NCBI GenBank assembly: GCA_964016885.1
Contig: OZ024740.1
Location: 198,028,001 to 198,092,000 of the forward strand
Source: Eledone cirrhosa
Lineage: Eukaryota
Length of the DNA: 64,000 nt
Reading direction: 5' to 3'
A program made the translations under genes and the position numbers. Each line of letters opens with the position of its first letter. The first letter of the stretch is position 1. Below, one piece after another: positions 58,688-64,000 of the stretch. Under the pieces are notes generated by a model. The model made no database searches. It saw nothing but the letters and a program-made list of their open reading frames with translations, and was not told where the DNA came from.

Positions 58688-58732
<45 letters not shown>

Positions 58733-58767
58733 CAGGACGAAATATATTATATCATCAAGTACACAAC

Positions 58768-58818
<51 letters not shown>

Positions 58819-58891
58819 GGTGTTGGATGCTTAAAGCGTCCGTATGCGGTAGGCCGTATAAGCATTCGATGCTCCCATAGAGCAGAGTATG

Positions 58892-59164
58892 ATATCACAG
58901 AAAAAAAGAGAATCAGTGTTGCGACGAATGGAATTTATTGGCATATTACAATCGTTTCTCTGGCGACCAGCTCGAGGCAGGATCGATTAGATGATCAAAC
59001 CTGTCTCTGAAAATCGCAAGAATCATGACGTATCTGAGGACCTTGCGATTTTCCGAGTCAGGTTCGATCATCAAATCGATCGTGTTTTTAGCTGGTCGCC
59101 AGAGAAACGATTGTAATATGTCCAATAAATTCCATTCGTCGCAACACTGATTCCCTTTTTTTCT

Positions 59165-59170
<6 letters not shown>
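58892..59170. repeat. Fold-back element, about 128-bp arms
   Basis: atatcacagaaaaaaa...aaaatcgcaag / cttgcgatttt...tttttttctgtgatat. Confidence 0.9.
59029..59120 (+). ncRNA. Type I hammerhead ribozyme with long stem II
   Basis: cgtat ctgagga c cttgcga...tcgccag a gaaa cgattg ta atatg. Confidence 0.7.
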
Positions 59171-59233
<63 letters not shown>

Positions 59234-59367
59234 TATTAGCAATGTTATGATATTATTATAATATTATTATTATTAACTCATGTATATATATATATATATA
59301 TATATATTAACGGCTAATTTGCATATCATGGGAGTTCAGTCGGCTGGGCGCACCGAAAACGATAAAT

Positions 59368-59946
59368 GGAATAGAATGAAACGAAATTTCATTTCTCACT
59401 CTTAGTACGGCACTTACTTAAATGTAAGTATGTATGTATACGTACATACATATATGTATACAGACATACAGTAGTATGTATATATATATACATACATGCA
59501 CACATATATATATATATGCACGTATCGGTTTACCGAACATTTATTATAATGCTCGGTTTGTTCGTTTGTAAACAAACAAACAGCCCGAATTACGCCTTAC
59601 AGTGTTTAGGCAACCACGTCACCTCTTTGTTCAACACTGACACGATAGCTAATAAGCTTGAAACTAGTACATCGTTCCTGTGTCAGTGTTGAACAAAAAG
59701 GTGACGTGGTTGCCTAAACACTGTACTGCGTAATTCGGGCTGTTTGTTTGTTTAAACAAACAAACCGAGCATTATAATAAATGTTCGGTAAACCGAAACG
59801 TGCATATATATATGCGTGCATTTATGTATATATATACATACTACTGTACGTCTGTATACATATATGTATGTACGTATACATACATACTTACATTTAAGTA
59901 AGTGCCGTGCTAAGAGTGAGAAAGGAAATTTCGTTTCATTCTATTC
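59368..59946. repeat. Fold-back element, about 270-bp arms; related fragment at about 49830-49935
   Basis: Arms about 59368-59643 and 59680-59946 are near-perfect reverse complements. Confidence 0.9.
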
Positions 59947-59999
59947 TATATATATATATAATATATAAGAACAAAAGATGGTTAAATGAGTTCCATGTA

Positions 60000-60066
60000 T
60001 TTTATTATGCGCATTTCAAAAACAAATATCATCATACAATAATACTTGTGTTTTCATCAGATAAAA
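60000..60066 (-). ncRNA. Type I hammerhead ribozyme, same family as 19291-19486
   Basis: ttttat ctgatga aaacacaagtattattgtatgatgatatttgttttt gaaa tgcgca ta ataaaa. Confidence 0.85.
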
Positions 60067-60433
60067 CAGGGAGACATGATATGAAGGTTAAAAAACACTT
60101 GTGGATAGTGCAGTTTTAAATCAACATATGAAAAGTAGTTTTAGATTGATGTGTGATATTGTGAAAAATATTTTATTTTGAGGGGGGTGGGGTGGAAAGG
60201 ATGAAAAAGAGGAGGAGATGAGAGTAAAAAGTGGAGAGGGAGGAGTATAATGAGGAAGGATGAGATAGGAGGAGAGATGGGTGATAGAGAGAGAGAGATA
60301 GCTTTTATAACTGAGAAAAAATATATTGTTTTACATAGAGAGGTTGAAAACCGTTGGAAGATAATGTATAAATTAAAAGAATTTGAAAATTAACGAAGAG
60401 AAAAATAATGTAAAGTTAAGGTTTGTATATTGA

Positions 60434-60600
60434 AGGGTTTAATAATATGTGCGATGAAAAGAAAATGTTAATATGTATTAAGAATAATATTTAAGGGTTT
60501 AATAATATGTGCGATGGAAAGAAAAAGTCAATATGTATTAAGAATAATATTTAAGGGTTTAATAATATGTGCGATGGAAAGAAAATGTTGATATGTATTA
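60434..60600. repeat. 60-bp tandem repeat, about 2.8 copies
   Basis: aagggtttaataatatgtgcgatg... recurs every 60 bp. Confidence 0.9.
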
Positions 60601-61714
60601 TTAAAAAGAACAACAAGTGATGTAAGTAAGAATATATTGTGAGATGAGCATGAGTAAGTTAGATGAAAGGGAGAAAAAAATAATGAATTGAGGATGAATA
60701 ATCTAACGTCAAAAAAATGTTTATGTTTACGAAGGATTTTTGCAAGGTGATATAGAGTAAGAATGTATTGTATTATGTAATAATTGTTTCTATGTTAGGC
60801 AACAGTGAGAAAAGGTACAGATTAGGGGTTAGACATTAAAAGAAAAAGAGAAGAAAGGGAAGTGATAAATAGGAGTGATATAGAATGAGTAACAAGTATT
60901 ATATAATGTATAATAAATAACTTTGAAATAAGGTAGAAAGATGGGTATATTTTTAAAGAAGTATATATATATATATATATATGTGCCTTTGAGAAAAAGA
61001 TTCTAAATTGATAAAGTTTTGGATATTAGCTGTATACTTTGTGGAATGTTTTGTGGAATTTATGCAAGCAGAGAGAAAACAAGTCAGTGCGTCTATTTAT
61101 TATAGAATCTAAATTAGATATAATGGTAAATTTTTCATTTAGACAGAGATTGCAAATCTTGGATAGAGAACTGTTAAAGTATGAGTACGCAGAAGAAACC
61201 TTTTTCCAAATGATGCAATATTTAATATTTTTGTCTTTCAAGGACAATATATATATATATATATTAATCGGTGGTGTTCGGAGTTCTGGAAATTTATACC
61301 ATAACAGTATAACATGTGAAAGAATTATAATTTTAGATAATGTTTTATTCTCTATTTATTTCAATTGTTTATTCTGTTCAACATGTTTAAATATTATTTA
61401 CAAGATTTAAAGATTTATAGAATGAACAGAATATAAAATGGTTGAATATCAAATATGAAATCTACAGAATATGTTAAACGTGGGAATAGCTTCAATACTT
61501 GTAACATTCAATGTTTTAAAATTCAATTTGTGTACAGAAATACGAAAGACGGGTTAAATAAGAGAAAATTATGAGATTGGCTTCGAAATTCATCTTGTTT
61601 TTATTTACTGCGTCAACAATTTGTATTGAAATACAGAGTAAAATGAATCTGGTTTCACTACATTTAAAATTTCAGGAATAAACAATAACTATTTGGTTGC
61701 AATTTGGGCGTATC

Positions 61715-62178
61715 ATAATTGTTTCTACATTTGGCACAAGACCAGCAATTAACCAGTACATTACTGGTACTTTATTTTATCGACCCCGTAAGGATGAAAG
61801 GCAAAGTTCACCTCGGCAGGATTTGAACTCAGATCGTAAGGGGACGTAACTATGCAGGAAAGCATATCCGACCCTCTACCGATACTGCCAATTCACCGCC
61901 ATATGTCATAATTGTTTCTACATTTTGGCACAAGGCCAGCAATTATCCCAGTACATTACTGGTACTTTATTTTATCGACCCCGTAAGGATGAAAGGCAAA
62001 GTTAACCTCGGCGGGAATTGAACTCAGATCGTAAAGGGACGTAACTATGCTGTCATAATGTCAATTAAATATGTCATAATTGTTTCTACTTTAGGCACAA
62101 GGCCAGCAATTACCCAGTACATTACTGGTACTTTATTTTATCGACCCCGTAAGGATGAAAGGCAAAGTTAACCTCAGC
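61715..62178 (-). mobile_element. SINE family A, three tandem copies of decreasing length
   Basis: Core repeated at about 61760, 61960 and 62125. Confidence 0.85.
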
Positions 62179-62877
62179 ATGTCATAATGTCAATTAAAAA
62201 TACGCGGACGCGTTCTTAAATAATACAAATATTTAATAAAAAAAATTAAAATATAAGTTATTGTAAAACAAAAGTCCACAGTGAGTTGTTTTATTTACAT
62301 TTCTAAAACTTCTAAATTCTTGATTATTTTCAAAATTCTATGTAAAAATATATCATGTGAGCTGAGTATTTCTATTGTTCGAATAGAGTCACATTTACAG
62401 CTCATTGGATAAATAGGGATTCCTTGTAATTTGGAAGCTTCAGAAGTTCACTTACAACCACATGCACAGGTTCTATTTCACTTTAGATAATTTAATATAT
62501 TATATTCTAAATTCACCATCGTTGTTTACGTGGTCCTTCAGAGCTCGTTCGACACAATATGTAACTTTATCGATAACTAGACTTTCTCTATTGAACCGAT
62601 CAGTGAAATAGTTCTATAATCTATTTATAGAAAATATTTCAACACGTGATAAATTTTGGTCCCCATCTCTTTCAATGAAGTTGTAATGTGCCTATATATC
62701 AGGGAACGTGATGCAATAACAATAATATAAAGTATTTGGTGACTGTTGCGGTCCGGTTCAGTATGCCGAATTTTGGAAGATTGGCCGACTGCGTTCGGAA
62801 ATCAGGAGAACAGGCTGGTTTTCGGCTTAGTCTGTTTGCTCAGTTGTTTGTGGACTGATTGGAGCAATAACGGTTTT

Positions 62878-62971
<94 letters not shown>

Positions 62972-63239
62972 ACCCCCCCCACACACACACACACACATGC
63001 ACACACATACACACACACACGCACACAGACCTTAGTTTTGTCTGATGCGATACTGCCAATTGCACCGATCTCCTAAATAAACCAGTATTATATCGTCGAT
63101 TTTAGATGGATAAACACAAATTAGATTTGATATCTTATTTAATAGAGTGGTATAGTTCAAAATACCTAATATTTTCTTTAGCTCTGTAAGTTCTGAGTTC
63201 AAATCTCATCGGTACGGAATTGGCTATGTTAGTCTCGTG

Positions 63240-63400
63240 AGCAGGGAAACGCTCTGCCAACGCGTCTCCCCCGCGATCCTCCGGGAAAACGCCTTCTCTA
63301 TTTTGTCTGCCGGGACCGTGGGGCGGCCACTACGTGGGATCCCGTTTGCTAATAATAGTGAGAGATTGGTGGAGAGAGAGGGACGGAGCCAGTGAGTGAA
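63240..63400 (-). mobile_element. Second copy of the GC-rich fragment at 17320-17580
   Basis: atagtgagagattggtggagagagagggacggagccagtg resembles the reverse complement of 17335-17373. Confidence 0.45.
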
Positions 63401-63947
63401 AGAGAAAGAGCCTCAACGCACGCGTACACTTGATAAGTCATATCTGTTGTCATGTTCAAATATAGATGTAATTATTAGGTGATAGAGCCAGAGTCAAGAT
63501 AAAATGCTCCCTGTACTTCCAGTCTTTGAAGGACATTACAACAACAACAGAATAATAGTAAATACCACCAAACCAAACCAACTAAGTCTCACTACACAGA
63601 TACATTTACTCACCCTTAGAACAAAACAACTTTTAACACAATAAAACAATGTCCACCACAATTGACCCAGTTAGTTCAAGTTGATAGAACATTCGGTATG
63701 TATAAACTGAATATTTTGGTTAGTAATTACATTATGAACTGAGGGTGTTTCACTGGCAATACAACTAATCATGAAAGAATTTAATAATTGATACTGACAA
63801 ATCACCTGCTATAAAGAGATTCTCTCTCGTCATATTGAATTATCGCCTTTAGTAAATCAGATTATGTGCCTGGTATTCACCGATATTAAATGATTTGTTT
63901 ACCATAGCAGGGTCCACACACACACACACACGCGCGCGCGCTCTCAC

Positions 63948-64000
<53 letters not shown>

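Larger units (their letters stand above)
57059..58691. mobile_element. Retrozyme-like array: 310-bp hammerhead-containing unit, about 2.15 copies on minus then about 3.1 copies on plus
   Basis: tggaataaatgctctg at 57061, 57371, 57681; inverted copies with the same period from about 57723; one hammerhead per full unit; no coding capacity; TA tracts on both sides. Confidence 0.85.
59962..61250 (-). mobile_element. Penelope-like 3' part: GIY-YIG C-terminus, long 3' region, pLTR with hammerhead
   Basis: SLKDKNIKYCIIWKKVSSAYSY...CNLCLNEKFTI...INRRTDLFSLCLH; hammerhead at 60000-60066; both ends in TA tracts. Confidence 0.8.

Noticed and set aside
57059-58691. CRISPR array or plain satellite interpretation
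   Set aside because: No unique spacers and eukaryotic context; one ribozyme per unit and the inversion favour an RNA-derived element.
53745-64000. Upstream receptor exon (TM1-TM3)
   Set aside because: No GPCR-like translation in the ORF track or by eye; a short exon cannot be excluded.

Overview
Eukaryotic, AT-rich, microsatellite-dense DNA; the SINE families and repeat texture suggest an octopus/coleoid cephalopod (inference). The only host gene seen is the 3' part of a D2-like dopamine receptor on the minus strand (coding exons 52684-53744 and 42968-43209; the TM1-3 exon(s) were not found and probably lie beyond 64000). The rest is mobile DNA: a near full-length, frameshifted L1/Tx1-clade LINE in an (ATCT)n tract, CRE and RTE relics, Penelope-like (GIY-YIG) relics, Helitron-like elements and about 15 copies of one tRNA-derived SINE. 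The main unexplained signal is at least 14 complete or near-complete type I hammerhead ribozyme motifs from about 8 sequence families. Most have a palindromic stem III, sit in or next to (TA)n tracts and often occur as tail-out fold-backs. The best case is a 310-bp, highly structured, hammerhead-bearing unit repeated about 5 times, tandem plus inverted (57059-58691): a retrozyme-like array, probably inside a receptor intron. All folds were read by eye and none was computed.
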